64,000 nucleotides of DNA from contig DASYTJ010000087.1 in assembly GCA_036002325.1 (NCBI GenBank), positions 149,188-213,187 on the forward strand, read 5' to 3'. The stretch comes from Thermoanaerobaculia bacterium. Its GTDB lineage: Bacteria > Acidobacteriota > Thermoanaerobaculia > Multivoradales > UBA5704. The notes beneath the pieces were generated by a model. The model worked only from the letters and a program-made list of their open reading frames with translations. It was not told where the DNA came from and made no database searches. Of this stretch, positions 44,831-54,673 are shown piece after piece. Positions within the stretch are counted from its first letter, which is position 1; each line of letters begins with the position of its first letter. Made by a program: the position numbers and the translations under genes.

Positions 44831-46351
44831 TCATCGCCCACGCTGCAGCGGCGCGTACTCCGCCTGGCCCCAGATGGAGGTTTCATGGACCGGATCGCGG
44901 ACCGTGAACACCAGCCGCTGCGCGGCGTCGCGCAGCTTGACCACCGTGCGGAAGCGGGCGAAGGTGCCGGCGCGCGGCGAGGCCGCGAGCTCCACCTTCA
45001 GGCGCGCCGTGGGCAGGTCGGCGCGCCCGCCGCGGCCGTCCATCGCCACCACGGCGAGCGGCGCCTCGGCGAGGAAGCCGCTCGCCTGCGGCATCAGGGC
45101 CAGCGACTCGACGGGAACGCCGATCACCACGGGAACCTCGACGCGGCCGCGGCCGGCCCGCCGCGGCTCGCCGAGCTGGACGATCAGCCGCCGGTCGCGC
45201 TCGGCGCCGCCGAAGAGGATCACGCTCTCGGCCTTCATGGCGTTCTCCGTCCGCCGGGAGAGATCGGAAAACCCGGAGCGGGCCCGCACCGTCAGATCCG
45301 GCCGCCGCGGCTCGACCGCGATCCGATGACGGCGGTCGTCGGCCTTCCAGGCGGGGGTGAAGCCGAGCCAGTAATAGGAGCCCGTGTCCGCCACCACCTG
45401 GCGGAAGACCTCCATCTTGGCGGAAACCACGGCCCGGCCGCCGGTCGTGCGAGCGAGGGCGTCGAAGGCCGTGACCTCCCGCGCATCGGATTTCGCGGTA
45501 TCCGCGGGATAGATCGTGTAGCCGAGCCGGTTGGCCGCTTCGATCATAGGCCGGTAAAGCTGCGGTGCGACACCCATCGACCACGCGGCGGAGACGAACA
45601 GCAGGATCTTGCGGCCCGGCGGAACCTCGAAGCCGCGCAACGCTCCGGCAGCCGCGGCCGCGGTCTTGCCGAGCTCGGTGCGGGCCTCCGGGCTGATCCG
45701 CCCCGACGTGTCATTCAAGAACGCCGCGATCTGATCCCCTTCGAAGCTGTCCGCGTTCTCCAGAATCCAGTCCACGTCCTGTTGCAGCTTGCGTTGCTGC
45801 GCCAGTGTCTGGTTACCCCTGGCGGGACGTCTGCGCGCCTGCTCCAGCGCCGCTGCGAGTGCCGCGCGGTCGCGGGTCCAGGCGCTCAGGACGTCGATCC
45901 GCGAGCCGTCGAATGCCAGCACGGCCATCTGATCGGCGTCCGCGAGCAACGTCAGATCGCGCTGCAGCCTCTCCAGCGCCGCGTTCCGCACCGCGGCGAG
46001 CGAAAACGCCTCGTCGATGTAGATCAGATAGCTCCGTCCCACCGCCTCGCCCGCGGTCAGCGGCGGAGCGGCCCCGCCGGTGTCCGCGGTCATCGCCTTG
46101 CCGTCGAGCACCTCGGTGAAATACTCGATGGGCACCTCGCCGCCGTCCACCAACAGGCGAAAATCCTTCGCCGTCAGACCCCGGACGGGTTTGCCCTTGC
46201 CATCCGTGACCATCGCTTCGACGTTCACCACCCGCACGTCGATCGATTCGCCGAAGACCTGTTCCGGCGGCGCCTGCTCCTGAGGGTAGGCCGACGACAG
46301 CGCTCCGGCCAGCAGGAACATGCCGATGAAGGCCCGCGTATGCTTCACCAT
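44831..46351 (-). CDS. VWFA-related Acidobacterial domain protein (TIGR03436), paralog 3
   Basis: MVKHTRAFIGMFLLAGALSSAYPQ signal with a strong GGAGGAGG SD, then IDVRVVNVEAMVTDGKGKPVRGLTAKDFRLLVDG. The ORF-track start is 46408. Confidence 0.75.
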   Translation of the reverse strand: MVKHTRAFIGMFLLAGALSSAYPQEQAPPEQVFGESIDVRVVNVEAMVTDGKGKPVRGLTAKDFRLLVDGGEVPIEYFTEVLDGKAMTADTGGAAPPLTAGEAVGRSYLIYIDEAFSLAAVRNAALERLQRDLTLLADADQMAVLAFDGSRIDVLSAWTRDRAALAAALEQARRRPARGNQTLAQQRKLQQDVDWILENADSFEGDQIAAFLNDTSGRISPEARTELGKTAAAAAGALRGFEVPPGRKILLFVSAAWSMGVAPQLYRPMIEAANRLGYTIYPADTAKSDAREVTAFDALARTTGGRAVVSAKMEVFRQVVADTGSYYWLGFTPAWKADDRRHRIAVEPRRPDLTVRARSGFSDLSRRTENAMKAESVILFGGAERDRRLIVQLGEPRRAGRGRVEVPVVIGVPVESLALMPQASGFLAEAPLAVVAMDGRGGRADLPTARLKVELAASPRAGTFARFRTVVKLRDAAQRLVFTVRDPVHETSIWGQAEYAPLQRGR

Positions 46352-46640
46352 CCGCCTCCTCCTCTCGCACGGGTGATGCTGGTACTTCGACGTGGCAGGT
46401 ATGAGCAAGGAGAGTGCCGGCGGTTTTCACAGGGAAGAGAGGGCCGCTCGTCCTCTCGCGAGGACAGCCGGAGACGATCCGAGGACGCGCCTCGCTACTC
46501 GATCAGCCGCTGGAGGATCGACGGCGGCACCAGTTTGCGCAGTTCCGCGGCTGGAAGAGCGCACCGACGCGCTCGAGCTCTCCCGCGACCAGAGCGAGAG
46601 CGAGGTCGAGCGGCGCGACCTCCGCGGACCCCCTGCGTCG

Positions 46641-46672
46641 TAGTTGCAACTGACAACTATATCTGCTAGACT
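46641..46672 (+). promoter_or_regulatory. Palindromic operator TAGTTGCAACTGACAACTA overlapping a sigma70-like promoter (TTGCAA-N17-TAGACT) for marR
   Basis: AGTTGCAACT is a perfect palindrome. The -10 element ends ~7 nt before the marR ATG (46680), suggesting a leaderless or very short leader. A near-identical site occurs at 47237. Confidence 0.55.
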
Positions 46673-46679
46673 GCCTTCG

Positions 46680-47189
46680 ATGAGCAAGGCGAACCTCCTC
46701 CCGATCGTCACCCAGGACCCCGCCCTGGCGCGGGACACCGAGGAGCTGTACGACGCGCTCGAGGACCTCCTCCGCGTCTACCAGTTCCGCGACCGTGACC
46801 GCATCTGCTGCTTCGACGTCTCGGTCTCGCAGTGCTACGCCCTGGAGGGGCTGGTCCGCCGGGGCAACATGACCTTGAACGATCTGGCGGCCCATCTCTA
46901 TCTCGACAAGAGCACGGCGAGCCGGGTCGTGGACGCGCTGGAGCGGAAGGGCTACGTGGCCCGCACCCCGCATCCCAAGGACCGCCGCGCCGTGCTCCTG
47001 GAGGCGACGACGGCAGGCCGCTCGCTCGAAGGGAAGATCCGGGAGTCGATCCTCGCCGAGGAACGCCAGCTCCTCGCCGACTTCACCCCGGAGGTCCGTC
47101 AGGCCATGACGCAGCTCATCCGCCGCCTCGCCCGCGCCGCCAACACGCAGGTCGGGACCGCGGGCGGAAGCTGCTGCAGCGTTCCGTAA
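46680..47189 (+). CDS. MarR-family transcriptional regulator with vicinal cysteine pairs
   Basis: Winged-helix core (LNDLAAHLYLDKSTASRVVDALERKGYVARTPHPKDRRAVLLEAT). Cys pairs at RICCFD and a C-terminal GGSCCSVP. Confidence 0.7.
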   Translation: MSKANLLPIVTQDPALARDTEELYDALEDLLRVYQFRDRDRICCFDVSVSQCYALEGLVRRGNMTLNDLAAHLYLDKSTASRVVDALERKGYVARTPHPKDRRAVLLEATTAGRSLEGKIRESILAEERQLLADFTPEVRQAMTQLIRRLARAANTQVGTAGGSCCSVP

Positions 47190-47191
47190 CC

Positions 47192-47229
47192 GCCGCGCGC
47201 CGGGATCAGATCCCGGCGCGCTTTTTGTT
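47192..47229 (+). terminator. Rho-independent terminator after marR
   Basis: GCCGCGCGCCGGGA-TCAGA-TCCCGGCGCGC stem-loop followed by TTTTTGTT. Confidence 0.7.
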
Positions 47230-47236
47230 GAACCGA

Positions 47237-47255
47237 TAGTTGCAAGTGACAACCA
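47237..47255 (+). promoter_or_regulatory. Second copy of the operator (TAGTTGCAAGTGACAAC), upstream of arsM
   Basis: 17-bp motif differing at one position from the marR-proximal site. AAAGGA RBS, then the arsM ATG at 47270. Confidence 0.5.
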
Positions 47256-47269
47256 GAAAGGATTGAACG

Positions 47270-48130
47270 ATGAGCACCGAGACTCCATCCCTTCCCTCCA
47301 TCTCGACGGACCAGCCGCTCGATCCCGCCGCGCTCCGCGAGGTGGTCCAGGCCAAGTACGGCGAGGCGGCGCGCAGCGTCCGGAAAGGCGCCACCGCCTC
47401 GTGCGGCTGCGGCTGCGGCTCCAGCCCCGACCCGATCACGTCGGACCTCTACCAGCAGGCCGAGACCGCGGAGCTGCCCGCCGAAGCGGTGCTCGCCTCG
47501 CTCGGCTGCGGCAACCCCACGGCTCTCGCGCAGCTCGCTCCGGGCGAGGTGGTGCTCGACCTCGGCTCCGGCGGCGGCATCGACGTGCTGCTCTCCGCGA
47601 AGCGGGTCGGCCCCACCGGCAAGGCTTATGGCTTGGACATGACGGACGACATGCTCGCGCTGGCGCGCGAGAACCAGCGCCGGGCCGGGGTCGACAACGT
47701 CGAGTTCCTGAAGGGCGAGATCGAGGCGATCCCGCTGCCGGAGAGCGCGGTGGACGTGATCATCTCCAACTGCGTCATCAACCTGTCGGCGGACAAGCGG
47801 CGAGTGCTGGCCGAGGCCTTCCGCGTGCTCAAGCCGGGTGGCCGCTTCGCCGTGTCGGACGTCGTCGTGCGCGGCGAGATGCCCGCGGCTCTCCGCCGCA
47901 ACGTCGAGCTGTGGATCGGCTGCGTCGCCGGCGCGCTGGAAGAGTCGGACTACCGGCGCCTCCTCGCCGAGGTCGGGTTCGAGGCGATCGAGGTCGAGCC
48001 GACGCGCATCTACCGCGCCGAAGACGCCCGCGCCTTCCTGCACGAGGCCGGGATCGAGGCGACCGGGGTCGACGAGGTCGACGGCAAGGTGATGAGCGCC
48101 TTCGTCCGCGCGCGCAAGCCGCGGGCCTAG
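47270..48130 (+). CDS. arsM: Arsenite S-adenosylmethionine methyltransferase
   Basis: Conserved N-terminal Cys cluster (SCGCGCGS), SAM-binding [11 protein letters not shown], and ISNCVINLS with the catalytic Cys. 286 aa. Confidence 0.8.
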   Translation: MSTETPSLPSISTDQPLDPAALREVVQAKYGEAARSVRKGATASCGCGCGSSPDPITSDLYQQAETAELPAEAVLASLGCGNPTALAQLAPGEVVLDLGSGGGIDVLLSAKRVGPTGKAYGLDMTDDMLALARENQRRAGVDNVEFLKGEIEAIPLPESAVDVIISNCVINLSADKRRVLAEAFRVLKPGGRFAVSDVVVRGEMPAALRRNVELWIGCVAGALEESDYRRLLAEVGFEAIEVEPTRIYRAEDARAFLHEAGIEATGVDEVDGKVMSAFVRARKPRA

Positions 48131-49080
48131 GCCGACGGCTCGTCTTGCCGTTGCATCCAGAAGCTGGCCCCGCCCCACCACGTCGAGCGTGGGAAGGCGC
48201 GCTGGAAAGCTTCCGCGTGCTGCGCGCCGAGAAATGCGTTGGCGAGCAGCACGCGGAAGCCGGAGTTGAAGATCAGGAAGGCGTGGAGGAGGTACTGCTC
48301 GGTCCAGAAGTGGTGGAGATCCATCACCCACTCGCGTGGAACCTCGCGCGGCAGAAACACGTCGTGGACGTGCACGATGACTCCAGGCGCAAGGCGAGGG
48401 AGAACCTCGAGAAACAGAAAGTTGACGTCGCCGCCGCACCGGACCACGTGGGAAGAGTCGATGAACAGGACGTCGTTCGCCGCCAGCGACTCGAAGACGG
48501 AATAGCCGACGGTCTGCACCTTCTCCGCGATCAGCTCGACGTCGAGGCGACGTAAGAAATCGGGTGGGTACGGCTCGATGCAGGTGATCCGTCCGCCCTG
48601 GTTCGCCGCCACGGCGCGCCGCGCCAGCAGCGTGGAGTGCCCGGAGCCGACCTCGACGATGCGGCGCGGTTTTGCGTGGCGCAACATCGCGTAGAGCACG
48701 AGCGCGTCCGTGCCGCCGAACATCGGATTGTCCAGGTAGAACTCCGTCTCGCTCCGCGGCTTCTCGAAGGGGACATCCTCCAGCTCCGAAGCGTAGCGGC
48801 CGAGCTCCGCGAGCAAAGCCAATTGGGCGTCGACTCGCATATCGATGCCGGCGAGCGCCGACTGGCGGCTCCACAGCTCCGCTCCGAGCTCGCGCGTGTC
48901 GGGAATCGGCTCATAGAAGTGAACCGGCGTGACGTGAAACCCGTGCTCCTGCCAGAGCTCGAAGAGCGCGGGTTTGTCGGCGAGGGGTCGCATCGCCTCC
49001 GCCAGCACCGCGGCCCGTTCGTTGTCCGGCAGCCGCCCCAACGAGGCGAGCAGTCGATTTTTGCGTCGGGGCCACAGCAT
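48127..49080 (-). CDS. Class I SAM-dependent methyltransferase (Methyltransf_24-like)
   Basis: IVEVGSGHSTL motif, 317 aa. Convergent with arsM, with a 4-bp overlap. Confidence 0.55.
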   Translation of the reverse strand: MLWPRRKNRLLASLGRLPDNERAAVLAEAMRPLADKPALFELWQEHGFHVTPVHFYEPIPDTRELGAELWSRQSALAGIDMRVDAQLALLAELGRYASELEDVPFEKPRSETEFYLDNPMFGGTDALVLYAMLRHAKPRRIVEVGSGHSTLLARRAVAANQGGRITCIEPYPPDFLRRLDVELIAEKVQTVGYSVFESLAANDVLFIDSSHVVRCGGDVNFLFLEVLPRLAPGVIVHVHDVFLPREVPREWVMDLHHFWTEQYLLHAFLIFNSGFRVLLANAFLGAQHAEAFQRAFPRSTWWGGASFWMQRQDEPSA

Positions 49081-49165
49081 CGGCCGTGAGACTACACCAC
49101 CGACGCGAGTTCAGCGGCAAGAATCGGATAGTTCCGATCTCTCCCCTTCCCTAGGATTCCTCTCC

Positions 49166-49876
49166 ATGACGAGCAAAATCGTCAACAAGGAGAGCGAAAT
49201 GCATAGAACGATCGATCCGGCCATCCTCTACTTCGGCACGCCGGTGGTGCTGGTGAGCTCGCTGAACGAGGATGGATCGACCAACGTGGCGCCGATGTCC
49301 TCGGCGTGGTGGCTCGGCTGGAGCTGCCTGCTGGGATTCGGGGCACGGTCGAAAACGCCGGCGAACATCCTGCGCACGGGAGAGTGCGTATTGAACCTGC
49401 CGTCCGTCGATCAGGTCGCCGCCGTCGACCGGCTGGCGCGGCTCACGGGGTCGAACCCGGTGCCGCCCCATAAGGTCGCGATGGGCTATCGGTACGAACC
49501 GGACAAGCTCGGCGCGGCAGGGCTCACGCCCGATGTGTCAGAGGTCGTCGCACCGCCGCGGATTCGCGAGTGCCCGGTTCAGCTCGAAGCCGTGCTCGCA
49601 AGGCCTCACCCCATCGCCGAGAGCGATCCCGACCGGAAAGGAAAACTGATCGCCTTGGAGGTGCGCATCGTCCGGGTGCATATCGAAGAACGGCTGCGGC
49701 TTCAGGGATACGACGACCGCATCGATCCGGACGCCTGGCGTCCGCTCATCATGAGCTTCTGCCAGTTCTACGGTCTGGGAGAAAGAGTGCATCCTTCGCG
49801 GCTGGCCGAGATTCCCGAGTCCGCCTATCGCCCGCGGCCCCTGGCTGCTGCCGCGACTTCGGTGGCCGTCTCTTAG
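49166..49876 (+). CDS. Flavin reductase-like FMN-binding protein
   Basis: PVVLVSSLNEDGSTNVAPMSSAWWLG matches the flavin reductase-like domain. An alternative start lies at 49199. Confidence 0.6.
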   Translation: MTSKIVNKESEMHRTIDPAILYFGTPVVLVSSLNEDGSTNVAPMSSAWWLGWSCLLGFGARSKTPANILRTGECVLNLPSVDQVAAVDRLARLTGSNPVPPHKVAMGYRYEPDKLGAAGLTPDVSEVVAPPRIRECPVQLEAVLARPHPIAESDPDRKGKLIALEVRIVRVHIEERLRLQGYDDRIDPDAWRPLIMSFCQFYGLGERVHPSRLAEIPESAYRPRPLAAAATSVAVS

Positions 49877-49922
49877 AGCGCCAGCAGCTCGCTCAAGCAG
49901 CTTGCTGCCGAGCCGTCCCCGA

Positions 49923-52433
49923 TTACGGGACCTTGTACCAAGCGCTGGTGTCGCCGCTCTCGAAGCCATCGGCAAAAATCAGGCTGGTCCGGACGCGCAC
50001 GATCTGGGCCACCGACGGTACGCCGCCGCCATTGAGGATGAACAGCATGTAGTGGCCTGGCGGTACCAGGTTCGCGCTGGCGGGTGCCGTTACCGACAAC
50101 CCCCCTGTCGCCTGCGAGAAGTTGAGCCGATGGATCCGCTGGTTTTGATTGAATGCATGCGTCGTTGACGAAAGCCGGATCAAGCTCACGCCGGCGATGC
50201 TCTGCGGCGTCAGCGTGCCTACGAAGAAGGTCTGTCCATAAAGGATCTGCTGCGGAGCCGCGGTGATCGTCGGACGCGCCCCGTTGAAAAGGTAGGGAGG
50301 CGAGTAGATCTCGATGTTCGGCTGTGGGCTTCCGCCGATTGGGTCGGGATGCCCGCCGCCGGCGATGAGCACGCGCCCGTCCGGCAGAAGCAGAGCATTT
50401 GAATGGTAGCCCCGGTAGCGGGTGTAACCGGCCATGATGGACCAAGTCTCCGTGGCCGGATTCCACAGCTCCGCGTACAGCATCGATCCCGCCGGGTTAT
50501 CGAATCCGGGAAAGCTGCTGCCGCCGGTCACCAGCACCTTGCCATCGGGCAGCAGCGTAGCGTTGAGCTGCCGCCGCCCGGCGGACAGCGGGGCCACGGT
50601 GCGCCAGGCAGGGATTGGAGCGGTCAGATCGATCACTTCGGCGCTAGCGCTAGGCAAAATCGTCGGAGTGGCATTGGGATCCGGCTCGCGCGGATTCCCG
50701 CCCACGATGAGCACCTTGCCGTCGTCGTACATTACCGAAGAGCCATAATCACGATAGGTCAGACTGCTGCCGCCAACATCGGTCCAAGCTCCCGTCCCTG
50801 AGGTGTCGAGGTACCGCGCCATCTGTTGCGGACCCGCGGCAAAAACCTTGCCGTTCGGCGCCTGGTAGAGAAATGGATAGAAGTCCGCCCAGTCCGGATA
50901 ATTGCCCTGCATAGCTGTGCTGAGATTCCGCCAAGTTGCGGTCGCCGGGTGCCATACCTGCGGCACGACGTTCACGTTGCCATAGCCCGTCGTCGTACCT
51001 GCCAAGACCAGGACGTCACCGTTGGCGAGAGTGGTGTTCGTGGGATACCAACGGCCCGCATTCATCGGGCTGAGCAATTGCCATGAATTGGCGACAGGGT
51101 CATAAAGGCTGGCCTTGGTCTCACCCACGCCGTCGTTGATGTGTCCGCCGGTGACCAGCAATTTGCCGTCCTCCGTGAAGGAGTGCCCGCTGCAAAAGAG
51201 ATCGTATCCCGGGAGCGCCAGAGTGGTGACGGTCTGTGTCGCCGGATCCCAGAGACGCGGATCGCCATCCCAGCCGTTCGTGTCATGATGACGATCCCAT
51301 AGGATCACTTTGCCGCTGGGAAGAAGATGCATGTGGATGGGCACAACCGGCAACGACAGGACCGGTCCCCACTGACCGCTCACCGCAGGGGTGTCGTCAT
51401 CCACGATGTTGATCGTCGCCGTCTGCGGGTTGCCCAGCGTTGCGCCCGTAGGAGCGCTCAGTGATACTGAGAAGCTCTCGTTGGCTTCGGGGGACGCATC
51501 GTTGAGAATGGGCACGCTGAAGACCTTGCGGGTTTCGCCGGCAACGAAAGTGAGCGTTCCCGAAGTCGCGGCGTAGTCGGACCCGGCACCGGCAGCGCCG
51601 TTGGCCGTGGAGTACTGCACCATCACGGTCCCGCTGCTGCCACCGCTGCGGTCGGCCACGACTACGGCAGGTCCGGCTTCTCCTGTCGTGTAGGAGGCGG
51701 AGCTCAGACTGAGGACCTGCGGTGGTTGACCGATTTGAATCGAGATGAACTCCGCGTCGCTGAGCGCCGTCGCCCCGGCCTGAGTGGCCCTGAAGAGGAT
51801 GAAGCCGTATGTGCCGGCGACGGGAGATGGCCAATAGAACCTGCCGTTAGCCCCGTCGAAGGTTGCCCCTGGCGGCAGGTTCTGAGCGCCGAGCGTAGTG
51901 CCATCCCCGTCCGGATCGGAAGCGGAAACGAAGAATTCAAGCGGCTGGCCCGTCGTTCCAGTCCTGTCTCCGATGGGATTTAGGATAGGAGAGCGGTTTG
52001 AGGTCGAGCTCGCGGGCTGGGTGGCGGAAGAGACCTCAGCACCCCCAGGATTGAACAGGCGAGTTACCCAGAGAAAGCCGGAATAGTCGAAGACATCCAT
52101 GTTTTGGACAATCACGAGTTGCCCGGACGAATTGGTCCCGCCGCTGTTGTCGATCGAGAAGATCCGCTCACACCATTGGCCGCTGGCGCAGAAGAAACTG
52201 CCCGTCTCCAACAGCCAGACTTTGAGCGTGGAGACACCCGTTTGCAGCCCGCTATATTGAAAACACAGCACCGGCGAATAGCTAGCGAGCGGCGTATTTC
52301 TTGGTAGGACCGTCGGAACGTCGCAGAATCCGATACTGCCTTGAGCCAGCAACGGCGACCCCGCGATGATGGAGCAGAGACACACTGCACCCCTGATCAA
52401 CGCCTGCGCTGTTCGGCTGCGGTCCGCGATCAT
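49923..52433 (-). CDS. Secreted galactose-oxidase/glyoxal-oxidase-like protein with Kelch repeats, DUF1929 and a Calx-beta domain
   Basis: Calx-beta signature ([39 protein letters not shown]), Kelch-like repeats, and a C-terminal Ig-like DUF1929 ([33 protein letters not shown]). Start at MIADRS or upstream MYRSHS (52466). Confidence 0.6.
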   Translation of the reverse strand: MIADRSRTAQALIRGAVCLCSIIAGSPLLAQGSIGFCDVPTVLPRNTPLASYSPVLCFQYSGLQTGVSTLKVWLLETGSFFCASGQWCERIFSIDNSGGTNSSGQLVIVQNMDVFDYSGFLWVTRLFNPGGAEVSSATQPASSTSNRSPILNPIGDRTGTTGQPLEFFVSASDPDGDGTTLGAQNLPPGATFDGANGRFYWPSPVAGTYGFILFRATQAGATALSDAEFISIQIGQPPQVLSLSSASYTTGEAGPAVVVADRSGGSSGTVMVQYSTANGAAGAGSDYAATSGTLTFVAGETRKVFSVPILNDASPEANESFSVSLSAPTGATLGNPQTATINIVDDDTPAVSGQWGPVLSLPVVPIHMHLLPSGKVILWDRHHDTNGWDGDPRLWDPATQTVTTLALPGYDLFCSGHSFTEDGKLLVTGGHINDGVGETKASLYDPVANSWQLLSPMNAGRWYPTNTTLANGDVLVLAGTTTGYGNVNVVPQVWHPATATWRNLSTAMQGNYPDWADFYPFLYQAPNGKVFAAGPQQMARYLDTSGTGAWTDVGGSSLTYRDYGSSVMYDDGKVLIVGGNPREPDPNATPTILPSASAEVIDLTAPIPAWRTVAPLSAGRRQLNATLLPDGKVLVTGGSSFPGFDNPAGSMLYAELWNPATETWSIMAGYTRYRGYHSNALLLPDGRVLIAGGGHPDPIGGSPQPNIEIYSPPYLFNGARPTITAAPQQILYGQTFFVGTLTPQSIAGVSLIRLSSTTHAFNQNQRIHRLNFSQATGGLSVTAPASANLVPPGHYMLFILNGGGVPSVAQIVRVRTSLIFADGFESGDTSAWYKVP

Positions 52434-52611
52434 CGAGATCTCTCCAATCGAATGCGATCGATACACAGCATACGCTCAATTTCAATGACAAGGAAGGAAA
52501 GAGAGGGATGGCTATATCCACAGGAAGGACGGCGCACCCCTCCGGCGGGTGTAACGTCAATTCGCCTGGTCGCGCGGCAAGACTCGGAGCACGTCGAGGA
52601 CGTGGGCCAAC

Positions 52612-53694
52612 TCAGTAAGGCTCGCGTCCGAAGAGGAGCTCGATTCCAAGGCCGATCATCGCCGAGCCCTCGCGCGGCTCGTCGCGCTCGAAGCGGGGCC
52701 ACGTGTAGCCGACGACCAGCTCGCCGAAGAGGTAGGGCTTGCCCACCGGCTGGCGGTAGATCGCGCGCGTGCCGTACTCCTGGAGCTTGACCTCGGCCCG
52801 CGTGGCGCCGCGCACGAACAGCTCTCCCGCCACCGCTCGATACTGGCGAAGGTTGTGGTAGGCGAGGGCCGCCGAGCGCCACGTGACCCCCTCGGTCGAC
52901 TCCGAGAACGTGCCGACGTTGCCCCAGCGCAGGAGAAGGTCGCGGCGCAGGACGTGGTCGAAGTCGAGGCTGGTGGTGGAACCGAACCCTTCGCGGTTTT
53001 CCCAGAAGACGGTCTCCCGGAAGCGCCAGACTTCGCGGGAGCCGACGAAAACGTTGCGCCGGTAGCGGGTCTGGGCGAAGACCTCGGGCGAGCTCTTCAC
53101 CCTGGCGCCGACGCGGAAGTCCACCTTGCTCGCCCAGCGGCCGGGAGGCGAATAGCCGAGGCCGGCGAGCCACTTCTCCTGGGTTTCCAGACCGAAGACC
53201 GAGGAGCGGACGGCGAACCCCTCCCGCCGGTCCTCGACGAACTCGTCACGGTCGTCGCGGCCGAGGAAGATGTTGACCCGCCGCTCGAGATTGGGCAGGT
53301 CATAGCGCAGCCGCAGACGTCCCTTGACGTCGATCCCCTCGAACTCCGTGTAGAGAGTCGACAGCTCGACGCGGCCGGAGGTTTGACGCGCGCTGCGGAC
53401 GTCAGCCTCGCCGCCGAAGAGGCCGTCGAACCAGAGGGTGGCGCCGCAGAAAGTCTCCTCGAGCACCTGGCGCGTCTCCTCGATCAGCTCCCCTTCCGCC
53501 GGCGGCGCCTGGCGGCAGAGGTCGCGCAGCTTCGGCGGTCGGCTCTCGGGTGTGCCAGGTCCGGCAGGAGCAACCGCCGGCGCGGGTTCGGCCGGCGTTG
53601 CAGGCGGTTCGCTTTGCGGTTCACTGTTCGAGACCTGGGCCGATGCCATCGACGACCAGACCACGCTCAGGATCAACCACGCGGCAACTCGCAT
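52612..53694 (-). CDS. Secreted/outer-membrane hypothetical protein
   Basis: 360 aa with a signal peptide and a Pro-rich linker. An aromatic C-terminal ...GREPY end suggests a beta-barrel. Confidence 0.45.
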   Translation of the reverse strand: MRVAAWLILSVVWSSMASAQVSNSEPQSEPPATPAEPAPAVAPAGPGTPESRPPKLRDLCRQAPPAEGELIEETRQVLEETFCGATLWFDGLFGGEADVRSARQTSGRVELSTLYTEFEGIDVKGRLRLRYDLPNLERRVNIFLGRDDRDEFVEDRREGFAVRSSVFGLETQEKWLAGLGYSPPGRWASKVDFRVGARVKSSPEVFAQTRYRRNVFVGSREVWRFRETVFWENREGFGSTTSLDFDHVLRRDLLLRWGNVGTFSESTEGVTWRSAALAYHNLRQYRAVAGELFVRGATRAEVKLQEYGTRAIYRQPVGKPYLFGELVVGYTWPRFERDEPREGSAMIGLGIELLFGREPY

Positions 53695-53797
53695 AAGGCT
53701 CCTCCATCCTCTCCCGTTTCAGCCATGCAGCCGTTTTATAGAAGATTGCGCATCCAAAGAGATCACGGTAAATTGATCGCCTAGAGGAGGAACATTC

Positions 53798-53992
53798 ATG
53801 AAACAGCACCGGCTCCTGCTCCTGATTCTTGCACTGGTCATGCCCATCATTGCGATCGCTCCGCGGTCCACGGTCGCCGCGCCGGCCGACTGCGCCACTC
53901 AATGCCAGCGGGATTATGAGCGCTGCAGCGCCCGCGGCCTCGACTCGATCGCCTGTATGTCGCGATACGAAACCTGCCTGGCGAGTTGCTAG
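53798..53992 (+). CDS. Small secreted Cys-rich peptide (6 Cys; mature ~37 aa)
   Basis: Strong GAGGAGG SD 7 nt upstream. Signal peptide MKQHRLLLLILALVMPIIAIAPRSTVA, then ADCATQCQRDYERCSARGLDSIACMSRYETCLASC (C-x3-C-x6-C...C-x6-C-x3-C). Confidence 0.5.
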   Translation: MKQHRLLLLILALVMPIIAIAPRSTVAAPADCATQCQRDYERCSARGLDSIACMSRYETCLASC

Positions 53993-54209
53993 CGCGGCTC
54001 GCCCGCCGCATGCGCCCGCTCCCATCGGCTCTCCTCATTGTCCTGCAGCTGGCGAGCGGCATGGAGAGCGCAGGCGAATACGGAGATCAGACAGCCTCAG
54101 GCGGGTGCCAGCCTGCCTTCACCCAAGCTCGAGCTTAGGCAATATCCGCAGCGGTTGCGGGCCTGTTCAGCTATGCGCTCGCGAAGCTCTCTGGAAATAT
54201 AGACCGAGC

Positions 54210-54620
54210 TCATCTCCCGGCCAGGATCTTGGACACGTCGTGACCGCGCTCCTTCAGGAGCCGTGCCGCTTCAGCGCGCAACAGCACCGCCTGGTCGTAC
54301 TGATGAACCAACTGCTCCAACGCCTCCTTCTCGGCCGGCGTCAGTCCCTCTCGCTGCTGTTTGAAGTTGAGAGTCTCGAGCTGCGCTCTAGCATCTTCGG
54401 CAAGGGGATTCTGGACGGCGCGCCACAACTCCTCGTCGTTCAGAAGCTGGAGATCCGCGATGGGCTTGGCCACATCATGAACCAACGCCTCCTCCTCAGC
54501 GGCTGTGGCAACTGCTTCCAGGAGCTCCGCCTCCAGACTTCGGTGTGCTTGTTCAGCGCGGTTCTGGAAATGACTGTACAGTTGGGGCGGGAGTCGAAGC
54601 GTTACTGCATGAGCGGACAT
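54210..54620 (-). CDS. Ribbon-helix-helix (CopG/antitoxin-like) protein with a helical C-terminal extension
   Basis: MSAHAVTLRLPPQLYSHFQNRAEQAHRSLEAELLEAVA fits an RHH beta-strand followed by two helices. GGGGAGA SD upstream. No cognate toxin gene is adjacent. Confidence 0.5.
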   Translation of the reverse strand: MSAHAVTLRLPPQLYSHFQNRAEQAHRSLEAELLEAVATAAEEEALVHDVAKPIADLQLLNDEELWRAVQNPLAEDARAQLETLNFKQQREGLTPAEKEALEQLVHQYDQAVLLRAEAARLLKERGHDVSKILAGR

Positions 54621-54673
54621 ACGGTCTCCCCGCATATTGTAATCATGATATCAGGTCCCCGCGGCTATTCCTT

